This document shows positions 11,567 through 24,750 of a stretch of 64,000 nucleotides of DNA, piece after piece (the first letter of the stretch is position 1; every line of letters begins with the position of its first letter). The position numbers and the translations under genes were made by a program. This DNA is from Podarcis cretensis (taxonomy: Eukaryota), in the NCBI GenBank assembly GCA_951804945.1, contig OX638154.1:62124001-62188000 (forward strand), written 5' to 3'. Under the pieces are notes generated by a model. That model was not told the DNA's origin. It searched no databases and worked only from the letters and a program-made list of their open reading frames with translations.

Positions 11567-12486
11567 CTAATTTGTTAACTGGGCTCTGTGCAGTTCCTTG
11601 GCAGGGCTGTTAATACAGGCCCAGTCCAAGGGAAGAGAGGGAGAGGGAGAGGAAGGCCTAGAAGCTGAATGGAGCTTAAGTGGGTAGTACGCAGTTAAAT
11701 TACTGTGCCTGAAAATGCAACACAGTGTGAACTAATGGAATATAGATATACTTTTGCAGTGATTTCAGTAATGGTTGCAGTGCTTTATCCACTGTCCCAG
11801 AAGCAGGATCATATGGAGAAAACGCAGCAAGGAATAACTGGCTGCATACATTCTTGTGCAGTAATAATCCACCTCCTTTACACAAACTTAGTGGCTGTTT
11901 TAGAAAACACTACACCAAGGTGTTGATCTTGACTGCAGAATTGTTCTCCAGGTGTTTTCAGTCCCTTGATTTTTGTGTCTTTTCCCTGTCACTGTGCAAA
12001 ATGGGAAGCATAGAATTTGCTCATAGCTGTAGACAAAATACATTCAGTTTGTATCAGTTAATGCTCCATGGATGTTCTATCATCTGTACTGGCCCTTACC
12101 TTCAGGTGGACATTTTTTAAAGATGCCATGAAGGAAGGGGGAGTAGAAGAGATGCTGTTCCAGAAATGAGGAATGGTTTGCATGGAATTTGGATTTTATT
12201 ATTTGTATGCCTGTCTGTCTGAAAAATATGTATGCTTGAGAATGTTCGTCTTGTTAGATGTATCAGCCCTGTTGTTATTTTAATAAGTTTGAAAACTGCC
12301 TTTTGAAATCCCTTTTCCATTTCCATTTAAATGTTGCCGTTGTTACTAATTCATCAGTTAATACATACCACTTATTTTGTTTTGATTCAATGTTCCTTTG
12401 ACTTTGATAAATTTGCTTATTGCTGTTTTCATGTTACTGTTTCAGGAAAACTAAGCTGCAGCCTTTGAAGGGGCATTACTATGGGT

Positions 12487-12504
12487 TCACCTCTAGGTGG
12501 CGTG
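12487..12504 (+). promoter_or_regulatory. CTCF-like motif
   Basis: TCACCTCTAGGTGGCGTG, a close match to the consensus core. Confidence 0.45.
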
Positions 12505-13780
12505 CCAATCGCCTAGCTCAATTTTTCAAGTGCTAGATAATAACTCAAAGCATTCCTTTGACTGTCCTCTGCATGCATGGCTTCAGAAATACTTAGCTGT
12601 TTCCCTTAGCTTCCACTATTGATTTTTGTTGTTGTTTAAATATATAGATACATCCAAACCCTTTGGGCCTAGAGCTGCCGTTGATGAAGAAGAATGTTTT
12701 CACTTCAAAACACAGTTATTTGTAAAGTGGACTGACACCCTGACTGCTAAAAGCCACATTAATATGCAAGCTAGCTAGCCTTTGCATACCATTCACCATC
12801 CCAGACAGATTTCCTGCTTAGAGCTAGAAGGGGGAAGGGGAGGAGGGAACAGAGATTGCCCGGAATCAAATGAACAAGACTGTGTACTTTAGAAATCATC
12901 TTTATATGAACTAGTAGAGGCAGGAAGAGAAATTAACAACTTTCAACAATTTGTTAATACCTCAAATTGTACATGTTTTCCCCATTTCTGTATTAGTATA
13001 CCGAGTGGACTGAGATCTGTTTCCAGCAGCAACATAAGAAGTTAATAGCAAATCTCTGTTTGTACTGCCTCCACTGAAACACCTGTAGAGTTCCGTCTGT
13101 TACTACTAGTTTTCAGTACTGTATTCTTAGGAGCAATTCACTTGCTCTTTCTCACTTTTTTATCACAGATTTCCTCCAACATACAATTTTGGAAAATCCA
13201 GATTCTATTTTACTTAACGCATACACAACCTTCCCCATTCCACATCTTTGGCAGGACTTTTCACAAAACTTAAGGCAGCTCAAATGAACATGCACGGCTA
13301 TTTTTGCTTTCAGTATCAGCCCAATTAGACAAAAAAACACAAGAGTCCACACATGTGTGCCTCCTTTTAGTTTCAGGACAGCAGAAAAACTTTTCTGCAA
13401 AGTTGTAAAAGTCCAAACTTTCCATCTCTTACTCAAACACCCCCCCCCCTTCTTTTCAGTCTATGAAAGATACAATTGTACTCCTAATGGTTTAATGATA
13501 GATTCTTCATAATCATCCACAGGCAGGCAGATCTTTAGACCTGATCTTTCTCTAAAGCTTCTTCAGCTAATCCGTTAGCTTCAGTACCCCTTGCTGAGGT
13601 AAGCTGGTAAGCAGGTAGTCCTTTCTGCTTCTCCATAAGTCGGCTAGGCTAGCTATTACAGTCATCTGTGTGAAGCAATCGCCGGATGAGAAACAGAGCC
13701 ATACAAAAGAGACAAGGAGCGTTTCCTGCGCTAGCTGCAAATTTAATTTCAGAATTCCTTTTTCTACTTTTGTGTTTGTT

Positions 13781-13789
<9 letters not shown>

Positions 13790-13825
<36 letters not shown>
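13790..13825. repeat. (TG)n microsatellite
   Basis: Direct inspection. Confidence 0.95.
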
Positions 13826-13827
<2 letters not shown>

Positions 13828-14164
13828 ACAAGTGTCTTCTCTTTGCATATTCTGTGTGTGAATAATGGTGTTTACATCCAAATTAATTGCACAAGCCCAC
13901 CTACAGAACACTCAGAAATAATTTTCTGTTCATTCCCTATGCTATGTAGGAAACTTTTCTCTTTTTTAATCTGTTATCTTAAGTGTTAATTCACACTATA
14001 CTGTTTTTGTCTGTGCAAGCAGACTCCACTCATGCACACCCACACAAGCAGACATTTATAATGTGTAAACTAGACATTTGTGAATACAGTCAGCAGCAAT
14101 TCAGGTTGTAGAGGATGGTGTGACCATGATAAGGCTATTCCGTTCCTTTTCTTTCCTGGCTGAA

Positions 14165-14245
14165 ACATATGCATACTTACCTGAAAGTAAGCCCCAGTGA
14201 ATACAGTGGAACTCGCATCTGGGTAAACATGCATAGGATTGCACT
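14165..14245. repeat. ~80-bp palindromic mini-element (representative of a dispersed family)
   Basis: ATGCATACTTACCTGAAAGTAAGCCCCAGTGAATACAGTGGAACTCGCATCTGGGTAAACATGCATAGGATTGCA. Similar copies near 16375, 19650, 24950, 25085, 25455, 38430, 40285, 50480, 54675 and 55755. Confidence 0.7.
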
Positions 14246-15163
14246 GCATTTTAAGGCTGCTACTGATAGCAATGGAAGATACTGTTGCCTATCTCATCAA
14301 GACTATCTTTTGCATTGAATTTATTAAAAATAATAGCATCAGCATGTTTCCATCCGTTTAAAAGTGGGTTGAAATTACTTTGCACAATATTGTTACAGCC
14401 TGAAATTAATTTGGGCATGATTTATCTCAATAATACTCTTTGGAATATGCAATTTTCAATGCTAATTTACCTCAGCTGTGTTAGATATATTTTTACACAA
14501 GGTTACCGTGTCTAATAGTATAAAGATTTTACTATATTTATTATAATGTAGAATAAAATGGTTAGTAAATAAGATAATAGAGGCAGGTTAGGCTAGAAGG
14601 CAAATAAGTTATCGATCTGGTTGGTTGGTTTAAATCAAAAAGTTGATTAGCTGTGCAATAAACACCCCCCCCCCCTCAAATTTGTAGTCTCCAAAGTACA
14701 TATTAATATCCCATAGCTAATAATTATTATTTTTACTATGTTGTTTTGGTACTTGTGTTAATTTAATTAATTCAGAATTATTATTTTAATTTTAAAGGAC
14801 AATACAATTTAATAGACAATATAATTTAAACATGATTGTTAGGCAAATCTTTTGTTCTAAATTTTTTTGGATTTGCATCCAGTTTTAAGGTTGTACCTAA
14901 GTCATACTCAGAGCAGACACATTGAAATCAGTTGACATAAGTTTGTCATAATGCTTAACTTAAATCTATTAATTTAAATGAGTCTCCTCGGATAAGAGCT
15001 TATTTGGATACTACTCAGATAGTTTCTTCTGGTGGTTGATGCTATTTTAAATGTGTTTTCAGTGGTTTGTATCTTTACTATTTCTTTTTGCATTCATATA
15101 TTTTTATGATTCCAGGTTGCCTTGAGAACCTTTATTAAGGCCCCCAAAGACAAGTTATGGATG

Positions 15164-15204
<41 letters not shown>
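15164..15204. repeat. (ACTT)n tetranucleotide repeat
   Basis: Direct inspection. Confidence 0.95.
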
Positions 15205-18193
15205 AATAATTAATTAATAGGTTTTCACCTGAATTTGTGGCAGATCATTGTGGTTCAGTTTCTCATGGTGCATCTGCAATAAGGTTTACTTCACTTGTCC
15301 TGTACTTCACTGCAAAACAGAAGTACTATCTAGAAATAGGAGCACAGTTGATCCTTGCACAGCCTACAGTTTCTCAAGTCGGTGATACAGACAAAGAGAC
15401 AAATGCAATTCATATACTGATGTTATACAGTTAACAACAAACATGTGGGCACATCCTTAGGCTCCAAAATTACCTTTTAGTAATGTATATCAACAACAGC
15501 AACATAATGTAATTATAGGAGATCATCAACTGTAATTTATACATAGTGATATGTTAATGCAAACATGCAGTGGAACTAAAGTGCATATCAATTATTTTGT
15601 AGACACAATGATCAAAAATTAACAATGGGGTGTTTTTTTAATGCAATGAAGAAAGTATTTCATTTTTATACCTTTTCATAATTCTTTGGCCAAACTCCAA
15701 ATATTAATTGTTATTAACTGTGGGTCGTGTTTAGTAGTCAACCTTGGAAGTCATGCAAGCCAGGGATTTTTCGGGGCTTTCTAGCTTTTGAAATAAAGAA
15801 AGAATGTTTGGGCCTTTAGGGAAATTTAATATTAGACTACTGCTGTCTATAAAATGTGAATTTCTGTGAATGCTTAATTGTGCATCTGTAAAGGAAAGAT
15901 TAATGTAATGTTATGTATAATATATATACCTCAAGTCTGCCAAACTTTTCTGTTCTGAATACGCACAATAAAAAAAAGTGTATCCAGTTTCTCTTTAAAC
16001 AAAAGTCTTTTATAAGCCATTAAGGTAAACAGAAGCCTTGCAGTTTGTCTTAGAAACAGTGAAACCATAGTGGCCTGTATATACACTGATGTATCACAAT
16101 AAAAATAAAAATTGGTATGCCACTAGTGCTGTTTGAGGCCATGAAACAGGGAAACAAAGCCAGCACTGCTTTGACGTATGTTCCTGTGTGTGCTAATGTG
16201 TACATGCATGTGGGCAAAAACTTCATACCTGGGGATAGAAGAGAGTTTGATGATCTGTTGTGTGCATGGACAAGTTGGTCTCAGTACTGTTCAAGTGGAA
16301 GTGGAGGATCATCCTTTCAGTGCAGGTTGGTGCTTCGAGGAGCAGCATATGTCACCTTATTTTAAAGAGGCCATCTTATTCATGTCTACTCAGAAATAAC
16401 ACTCACTGAGTTCAGTGAGATTTCCTCTCATGGAAACGGATATTGGTTTGCAGCCCTGTCATCTGTGTGTGAGAGGGGAGGGGGAGATTCTATTTTCCCC
16501 TCAATATCTGCCTTGGCTTTTTTAATCCGCTCAGGCATTTTTAATTGCATCCACATAATTCTCCAGTCTTGACTTATGCATTGAGCTTGGCAAACATAAC
16601 TAAAGTCAGTTGAGAAGTTGGAATGAAGCCCTCACATATGTTCTAGCTGTAGGCTCCATCATAATGCTCAACATACACGTAATGTTGAGAAGCCAGCTGG
16701 AAGCTCCCCATTGTCGATTAGTTTGAGCAGGGTTCTTTATTCCAGTCTTTTGGAAATTATTTCCATCTGCCCTGCGTTCTCCAAATCCTGTGATAGTTCG
16801 TAAGAATAGAATTATTGGTTTAGGCCTAGATTTACAACCTATGGTATCTTCCTGTAGAGTGCTGTAGAGTTCTGAAATTCCCAAGCAACTTAGTGTCTTT
16901 GAAAACGACTTTACATGGATCCCAAGTCTAGCAGCTAAAATGTAAATCAGGAAGTCTCTTCTCCAAAACTTGCCACAGCCACAAACTCATTAGGTGACGT
17001 GGGGAAATTACTTTCAGATCCAGCCTCCTTAATAGAATCATGAGATGCCCAACTTACTGGCCTCTTTTAAGATTCCACAATTATTTAAGGTTATTGTTGC
17101 AAAGCTGACCCTCCTACTTATTAGGCAGATCATGGCACAGCAGTAGCTGTGTTGGTGCAGGGGGACAGAGACAGTGCAGATGTTGCACTTGTCAGGATGG
17201 GGATAGCGGTGGCGATCAGGAGAGCCTCATGGTGACAACCCCACAGGTGTGCACATACCTGCTGGGCAACCGTCACCAACTCAAAGCTCTCTCAACCTCG
17301 CTGCCAGTACCACCACCACCACTCTTGATAAGCATAGGGGCACTGGGAAGATGCCACTGGCTCCACTTCTCTTCACAAGCTGCCATTGGTGAGGCAGCTG
17401 CCTCAGATGGCTGATGCAAAGGGTCGGGGGGGTGAGCTGTTGGAAGACAGAGCTATGTGTGCTACATGTGCTACACTGTTTAAGGTGAACAAATATTCTA
17501 CAGACTTTACTACTTTCAGATGCAGTGTAGGACACTGCTTGGTGGGCACGGCAGGTCGGGGGAGCAAAACACACACCCTGTCAGGGGGGGGCTTTTGCTC
17601 CCCATCACCAGTTTTCCCAGAAACAGGTCTTCTAATTTGGGGACAGGGAGAGATAAACAAGTGAGATTGTTTAAAGTTTTTTGAGGGGTACTCACAAGTA
17701 CTTTAGGGGAATTCTCACAAAAATCCAATTATTTCTGAGGCAAAGAGGAAGGTGTTTGCCATTCTCTAACTGGAGGGCCTATTTTTCCCTAAAGAGATTT
17801 TAGGGGATTTCAGAAACACAAATTGCAATATCACTGGAAAGCAGCCTGCATTCAAAAGCAGAACTATAGCAGGCACATTTTTTCTGCTTCTAATTCTGTA
17901 TTATTTTCAAAATTAGCTGTGGGTTTGTGTAGATGAAGGCATCTAGTGGAGAAGGAGCAAACTCTGAATACTCTCCAACAGTGGGAACTATACAGTATGC
18001 TGTTTTCAGTTGCATGTTACAGTATATAAATCACCCTTTCATATATGTCAGGCCTATGAAATCTGTGGGCCTCCAGATTTTGATGAACTACAACCCCCAT
18101 CAGCCTTGTTCAGCCAGTATGGGCTATGTTCAGGGAAGATAGGACTTGTGATTCAGCAACTTCTAGAGGGCCACTTAACGTTACCAATATATA

Positions 18194-18729
18194 CCGTATT
18201 TTTCGCCCTATAGGACGCACTTTTCCCCCTCCAAAAATGAAGGGGAAATGTGTGTGCATCCTATGGGGTGAATGCAGGCTTTCGCTGAAACCTGGAGAGC
18301 GAGAGGGGTCGGTGCGCACCAACCCCTCTCGCTCTCCGGGCTTCACGAAGCTATCCGCAAGCCTTGCAAGCCCGGCGGGAGTTCCCGCGGGCTCGCAAGG
18401 CTTGTGGGCAGCAGCCTGCAGTCCACAAGCTTGGGGGACAGTGGGGAGGCGCAGCGCGCCTTCCCGCTGTTCCCCAACCTGGTTTGGAGGCTGGCGCTGG
18501 GGAGAAGCGTGCATCTCCCCAGCGCCAGCCCCACAAGCTCGGGGGACAGCGAGGAGGCGGAGCACCGCCATCCCACTGTTCCCCGACCTGGTTTTGATTC
18601 CCCAACCTGGTTTTGATTCCCCAACCTGGTTTTGGGGGGGAAATAAAGGGAATTTTTTTTCCTTTATTTCCCCCCAAAAAACTAGGTGCGTCCTATGGGC
18701 CGGTGCGCCCTATGGGACGAAAAATACGG
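18194..18729. mobile_element. Tc1/mariner-superfamily (Tc2/pogo-like) MITE
   Basis: 27-bp TIRs CCGTATTTTTCGCCCTATAGGACGCAC / GTGCGCCCTATGGGACGAAAAATACGG (3 mismatches), TA on both sides. Confidence 0.9.
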
Positions 18730-18957
18730 TATTTAATGCATTTGGCACTATTAATCATACTTGCACATTTCTAACTCATTTCAGTGGGGTTTGTGCCAGA
18801 GAGGATCCCAGGAAAATGTGTCCATGTATGGTTGAAATTAAACATGGGCCAATTGGGTTCATGTACCATTTTGCAACAAAATTGTATCAAAAATATTTGG
18901 AAATGAGAAAAACATAACTATCACAAAGCATATTACTTCAGATTACATGCACATTGT

Positions 18958-19082
18958 ACATTTAAACCACATACACCAAGAATCCTGGGAACTGTAGTTT
19001 ACTCCTTACAAAGCTACACTTCCCAGCACCCTTAACAAACTACAGTTCTCAGAATTCTTTGGGTGGGTGTGCTTTAAATGCA
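18958..19082. repeat. Palindromic squamate MITE-like repeat
   Basis: CATTTAAA...AAGAATCCTGGGAACTGTAGTTT ... AAACTACAGTTCTCAGAATTCTT...TTTAAATG inverted arms. Confidence 0.65.
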
Positions 19083-19909
19083 TTGTTTGTGGCAGCGTTC
19101 CTGCTGGCTTCCAGTACTTAAAAGTTACATTTAGCTGAAATTTGTTCCCTTTCCTATACTGGGAGGCATAAATTATATAAAGGCTTGTCATTTCAGACAC
19201 CAGTGATTTATTCAATGCTTACAATGCTCTAGGTTATCAGAGTTTTGAAACTTCCCCAACTTATATTAGTACTCATAATTATTAAGTATGAGTAGTAAGA
19301 ATGTAAACTAACTGTGCACCTGTTTGTAATTAATGTAGAGTGGCAGTTTTTAGCTGCAAATAGCACTTGTGGCTCATTCATTGGCACTAAAGACTAGCAG
19401 GGACTTTACTTATCCGTTAAAAGATAATAACACAGCACTTTATAAATGAGCTACAGTATAAGCATATGTATGCGGAGAGAGAATACTTTCACGACTGTAT
19501 CCTGAAATCACTAGCTGTATTCTCACATTCTTACTGAGGCCAGGAACAGAGCAGAACAAGAACCATACTGATAACACATGGTTTATTTGGGCTGGGATTG
19601 TGCTGATTCAGAACAACCATCCTACTGACTACCAGCCTTTCAAGCGATAAAGCCTATGTATGCTTACTCAAAGGTAAGTCCCACTGAACTGAATAGGCCT
19701 TACTCCTAAATATGTGTGCATGAGGTTGCAACCAGGCAGCCTGATCCTATTCGGAGTTCAGCTCAGATTTTCTTCTGATGTGTTAGCTTTAAACAAGTAG
19801 GTGTTTATAAAGGAAGGAAACATTTAAAGCAGCTATGTGTAATTCTGTATACCTAATTGTATTAATCTGTTGTACAGTCTCTTGTTTCCCAGCCTTACCT
19901 TTTTGTGAG

Positions 19910-20035
19910 GTTACTTCATTTTATCCTTACAACAACCCTGTGAGCTAATGTTTCTGTGGGCTTTACTGAGAAGGAATTTGAACCCAGGTTTTGTTGACTT
20001 CAGTTCATTTCAATGCTAACCATTACACCATACCA
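19910..20035 (-). mobile_element. MIR/Squam3-like SINE fragment
   Basis: ATCCTTACAACAACCCTGTGAG, GGAATTTGAACCCAGG, AACCATTACACCATACCAGC. Confidence 0.6.
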
Positions 20036-20094
20036 GCTCTTCATGGGAAACCTGCATTCTGAATGGCCCTGTTCTGGGAATAACAAATGATAAC

Positions 20095-20945
20095 GAATAT
20101 GTGCTCTATGCGGGGCTACCCTTGAAGACACTTCAACTCTTTCGAAACACAACAGCCAGATTACTGGCTGGGGTTGTCTTTAGAATTTATACAACCGCTC
20201 TTCTGAAACAGCTGCATTGGCTGCTGGTTCATTTCTGAGCCCAGTTCAAGGTGCTCATTCTAAACGGCTTAGGCCCAAAATGTCTACTTCCCTACAGACC
20301 CTCTTGGACAGGGGTCCCCAAACTAAGGCCTGTGGGCCGGATAAGGCTTGAGGGACTTGTTTATCCAGCCCGCGGCAACCCCCGCCACCTGCTGCCGCCA
20401 CCCGCTCTTACCGGCGCTGCGCTGAGTGGCTGCCCACTTCCGGGTCGCAAGCGTTATTTCCTGTGCACATCCGGGTCAGAGGAGGCCCATGCACATGTGC
20501 TCAAGCTATTTTCGGTGCTCCTCCAACCCAGAAGTGTGGCGGAAATAGCGTGTGCACACACGTATAGGCACGCACTCCCCCGCCCTCCGGCCCGCTGTGT
20601 GATCAGCGTTGGAGACACCAGCCCAGGGCGCAGTAAGTTTGCTGACCCCTGCTCTTGGGTGTTAAGATCAGCAGATAGGGCTCTCTTGGTAGTTCCATTG
20701 CTCTCAGAAGGGTGGCAGAGGCCCAGAAGAGGGCAGTTGTGCTATTAACTCCCCATAGAGGTGCATCTAGCACATGCATTATACATCTTTCTGGGAATGC
20801 TGAAAGACACACCTGTTTACCCTGGTCTTTGACATCTGAGATGTGTGTTTTCAGAATCTACCCTACTCCTGTGACTATAATTTGTTTAAACTGTTTTGAT
20901 TCTGGATTTTAGATTGTTGTAACCCGCTCCAAAACCCGGTGAAGG
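20095..20945 (+). mobile_element. L2-clade LINE 3' fragment (interrupted by hAT MITE)
   Basis: LYAGLPLKTLQL...RLLAG...LKQLHWLLVHF*AQFKVL motif, resuming after the insertion with a TGTAACCCGC-type 3' end. Confidence 0.72.
20309..20651. mobile_element. hAT (Charlie-like) MITE
   Basis: TIRs CAGGGGTCCCCAAACT / AGTTTGCTGACCCCTG. TSD CTCTTGGA / CTCTTGGG. Confidence 0.85.
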
Positions 20946-21342
20946 GTTGGTAATCAGTATGATGAGGATGATGATGTACTTCCTCCAAGCACCAGCATCA
21001 GGTGTTCTTGGGGCTGGCTCTTATGCTACTCAACAAAAGTTGACATTGAATCCTAATGCAGCCTTGCAATTAATTAACCACTTCCCCATTTCTCCATGGT
21101 GAGTAATGATTCCTTCTGGGCAAGCAGTTAGCCAGGTGCACTCTGCAAAGCACACTGTGCTCCCAATTCCTCCAGTGCATTTAAAAGTTTTTGTACTTAT
21201 CTGGAAGGTTGCATTAATGAAACTAATGTTAACTAATAACAGACTTAGTGATATTCAAGGATTTGGAAGTACCATAAACACATTAGAATATGTGCAGTAT
21301 TTTAATGCGCCATTAATAGGCATTTACCAGTAACTGCACATA

Positions 21343-21571
21343 CAGTGGTACCTTGGGTTACATACACTTCAGGTTACAGATTCCGCTAACCCAGAAATAT
21401 TACCTCAGCTTAAGAACTTTGCTTCAGGATGAGAACAGAAATTGTGCGGCGGCGGCACAGCAGCAGCAGCAGGAGGCCCCATTAGCTAAAGTGGTGCTTC
21501 AGGTTAAGAACAGTTTCAGATTAAGAACAGACCTCCAGAACAAATTAAGTTCTTAACCTGAGGTACCACTG
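21343..21571 (+). mobile_element. Tigger/pogo-like MITE (family copy 1)
   Basis: TA|CAGTGGTACCT ... AGGTACCACTG|TA. Near-identical to 61087-61326 and 61712-61953. Confidence 0.9.
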
Positions 21572-22289
21572 TATTTGAAACACCTTTCTCTCCCTCTTTC
21601 CTCTTCCGGTGAATGCCCTGCCCTTTGCTGATTTTAAGTGGCTTACTGCTAGGGGCCCATCTCAGCTTCTGTGGGTGAAAGCGAGTGTAGTGGAAGTGGC
21701 TTCGACACATACTCTGTGGCAGAGAATGCATGTCAAGACCATGTCCGCCACATTTTGAATGTGTGTTTGCCTATTGTTTGTACAGTACCAGGTGCACAGC
21801 TGGTGCATTAGGTGATGGTGGTAGGCATGACCCAGCCAAGGCAGGAGAGAATTAAGCTAATCCTTATGTCTCCTTCCATTGAAATCAATGGACCTTCAAA
21901 AGCATAACATAATACGTAGATGGCCTAGAGATGATGTTTATTTCTAAGGGATAATGACATTAATGAACAATGTTGATGCAAAAATAACACTGAACATGTT
22001 TATGCAGTGCACGTGTGTATTTGTAATGTGCCTATTCTTTTTACACATCCTGTGGTTATTTTCCTGTGTGTCTGTTTTGCTTAAAACACAAGTCCCTGCT
22101 CTCTTTTCTTCCCCATCCACTTCCACAACTCTCCAATAACTCCGATACATTTGGAACACACAGTGCAGCGGTAACACAAATGTGGTAATGATGGAGGTGG
22201 TTTAAAAGTCTGGCGATGGCCCCCTTGGCATTAACAGGAGGAGGAGGCGAAGGCTATTGGGGCAAGCAGCCTTGGAGCACCCCTGTTCT

Positions 22290-22830
22290 CAGGGACTTTC
22301 CTCCCCAGGCTCAGCGGCTGCTTACCTTCGCCAGCCCGTGCAGAGCGTAGGTTTTGTGCCTTCCCTTTGCCCGTGGTGTGTGTGTGTGTGTGTCTGCTAG
22401 AGACAAGCGCGCTGCAGCAAAGTCGTGCTCTGCTTGCAAGTGACCGGATTCCGGCAGCCGCGCCGTGAACGTCACTTTCCCCCTCCTACGTGCCTCGCTC
22501 GCTCCGTCTAGACTTTTTTTCCCCCGCCGCCGCCGCTTCCCTCCCCCCCCCCGCCCAATTCAACCTGCATTACAAGGCGCTTGCCCACAGTAAGGAAAAG
22601 GACTGTTTTCGTGTTTTTCTCCCCACTTTTAAGCCACGTACTCGGATTCCTTAAAAACAACAGTTGTTTAGAAATCTCCAGAGGGAGCACTGCGGGGCAG
22701 GCGCCCAGCCGCCCGCCCCGTCCAGCGTCCTCGCTCTCGCTTTCTCCAAAGCGACCTGCGGCAGGAGCGATGCGGGACTCGCTGCTGCGATCAATCATCT
22801 GGGCGATTCTCCTCCGTGCTTAAACTTCCA
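22290..22830. promoter_or_regulatory. Upstream CpG island (orphan promoter/enhancer)
   Basis: Dense CpGs, GC boxes (CCCCGCCC), no TIR/TSD or repeat similarity. Confidence 0.7.
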
Positions 22831-23353
22831 TTATTCAGCTGAATGTTGGCGGGTGGGTAGTGGTTTGGGGCTTTAAATATATATATTTAAATATATATAT
22901 ATAAATATAAATGCACGATGGACTGCGGCAAAAAAGACACTTGATGGAGCCCCCTGAATTCTGCAGCAGCAGGAACGGCTGGCAGTGAAGGGGCAAACCA
23001 GCAGCCCGGACTGGATCCTTCCCTTTCCTCGTCCTGGGTTTTCTCGGCTCTGCCTTTCCAAGGGACTGCAGAACAAGCGCTGGGATTTACACGAGGATTC
23101 GGTTCTGTACCCGAAGCTCCGTTTTATGTGTTTTGCAATTGTTGTATGTGCGTGGCGTGTGTGTGTGTCGCTTATTGTCTTTTGCATTCGTTTATGTTCT
23201 CTGTATCGCTTTTCCCCACCGATTTTGGAAAATATTTCAGATGGTGGCAATTATATGTTAACTCTATTTTTTTAAAAAAATGAAACCCACTCTTCTCTTG
23301 GGGGTTTGTGATGGGGTGGATCGGGAGGCGATGGGATCCTAAGCACTACAATC

Positions 23354-23355
<2 letters not shown>

Positions 23356-23386
<31 letters not shown>
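23356..23386. repeat. (AC)n microsatellite
   Basis: Direct inspection. Confidence 0.95.
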
Positions 23387-23387
<1 letters not shown>

Positions 23388-24700
23388 CTTTGAAGGAAAT
23401 GTCAATATAACTGTGTGTGTTAAGGAGCGAGGTGTTTTATTTGCTGCCTGGGGCTGCAGGGCGATCGATTCAAAATGCCCTTGCTGCACATCCAATGACT
23501 GTGTAATAAAATAAAATAATAATAATCATATGCTGTGACCTATGCGACTCCCTGGTCAATATCCCCTTGATGCTGATGATACTAGGGAGAGGCGCAGAGG
23601 TTATGGAGGATAATGCTGACCCAGCTATTTACCCCTCTCCTTTGAATATATACCACTCTCTTCTGACATGCGGACTAAAAAGCTGCTGTTTTGCACTCCC
23701 ACTTTCTTTAATACTGGCCATGGGGTGGGGGGCGAGACCTAATGGGAAAGCAAAGGATGTGGAAAAGGATCATTCCGTAGAAATACTTTTAAGTGACAGG
23801 TCAAACCATTCTGGAAGGTAGATCTTTGAGTGTAGGGGGGGAAATCCAGTGGGTAAAAATGTCTCCCATTCACAAAAAAGAATGGCAGAGTCTCTCTACT
23901 AGGTAGATAGCATGCCGCAGACTGCCAGCCGCAAGAGCTAATTGTGGTATCAGTAAAACCTAATAACACACTGGCAAGTCTAATATTAAACCCCACCTAA
24001 TTGTTCACTTCTATGTCAACTTCCTAAAAAAATAATGTAAGTATGGCTTTAAGAGAGTTGAACTGTAGAACAAACTAGAAGCGAGCACCTGCCAGTTCTA
24101 CCCATCTGCAGGCTCCAAGGCTTGCAGCGTTTCTTCCTGGAATAACCGTCCAAATCTGAGGATTATAATTAATGGCTGAGTTGTAAAGAAAGACATGGGG
24201 ATGGGGAGTGGGTGTCCCCCTCCTGCTGAAAAATAAAAAGCTGCACATTCTCACTTAAAGGATCTTATCTTAAAGGATATGTTTTGCTGCATGCAAAAAT
24301 TGGAAAATGGATTCTTGAAGTTAATAATAATAATAATAATAATTTTAAAAAATAGACCCAGAAGATGAATTCTGTTTGTATGTGGATGTTGGTGTATCAA
24401 ATTTAATCAACATACACAAATTGAGCCAAATTGTCCCTGTTTAATTCCTATGTGGCCCATTCCTAAGACTTGCTGCATCTGCAGGTGCTTAGCACTGGAT
24501 GAACCAACACCAGCAACCTCATAGTGCTGTACCAGTGGTACAACTGTGTTGCACTGGTGTAGCCAGCATCTAGGGTGGTACACAGGGGCCTGTCATTTTG
24601 CATATTTATGTTGTTTTTAGGTATTTTGGGGGGATGTTTTTAAAATTATGCTTTCACTGGAATATTCTACTTTGAAATGAAAGCTAACCACCAGATGAGA

Positions 24701-24749
<49 letters not shown>
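24701..24749. repeat. (CTTT)n tetranucleotide repeat
   Basis: Direct inspection. Confidence 0.95.

Positions 24750-24750
<1 letters not shown>

Noticed and set aside
17140-17660. GC-richer patch possibly from an old DNA transposon
   Set aside because: Could not define TIRs, TSD or family from the sequence.
18126-18917. Longest ORF in the track (263 aa)
   Set aside because: Runs through a GC-rich palindromic MITE where stops are rare. No transposase or other domain motifs.
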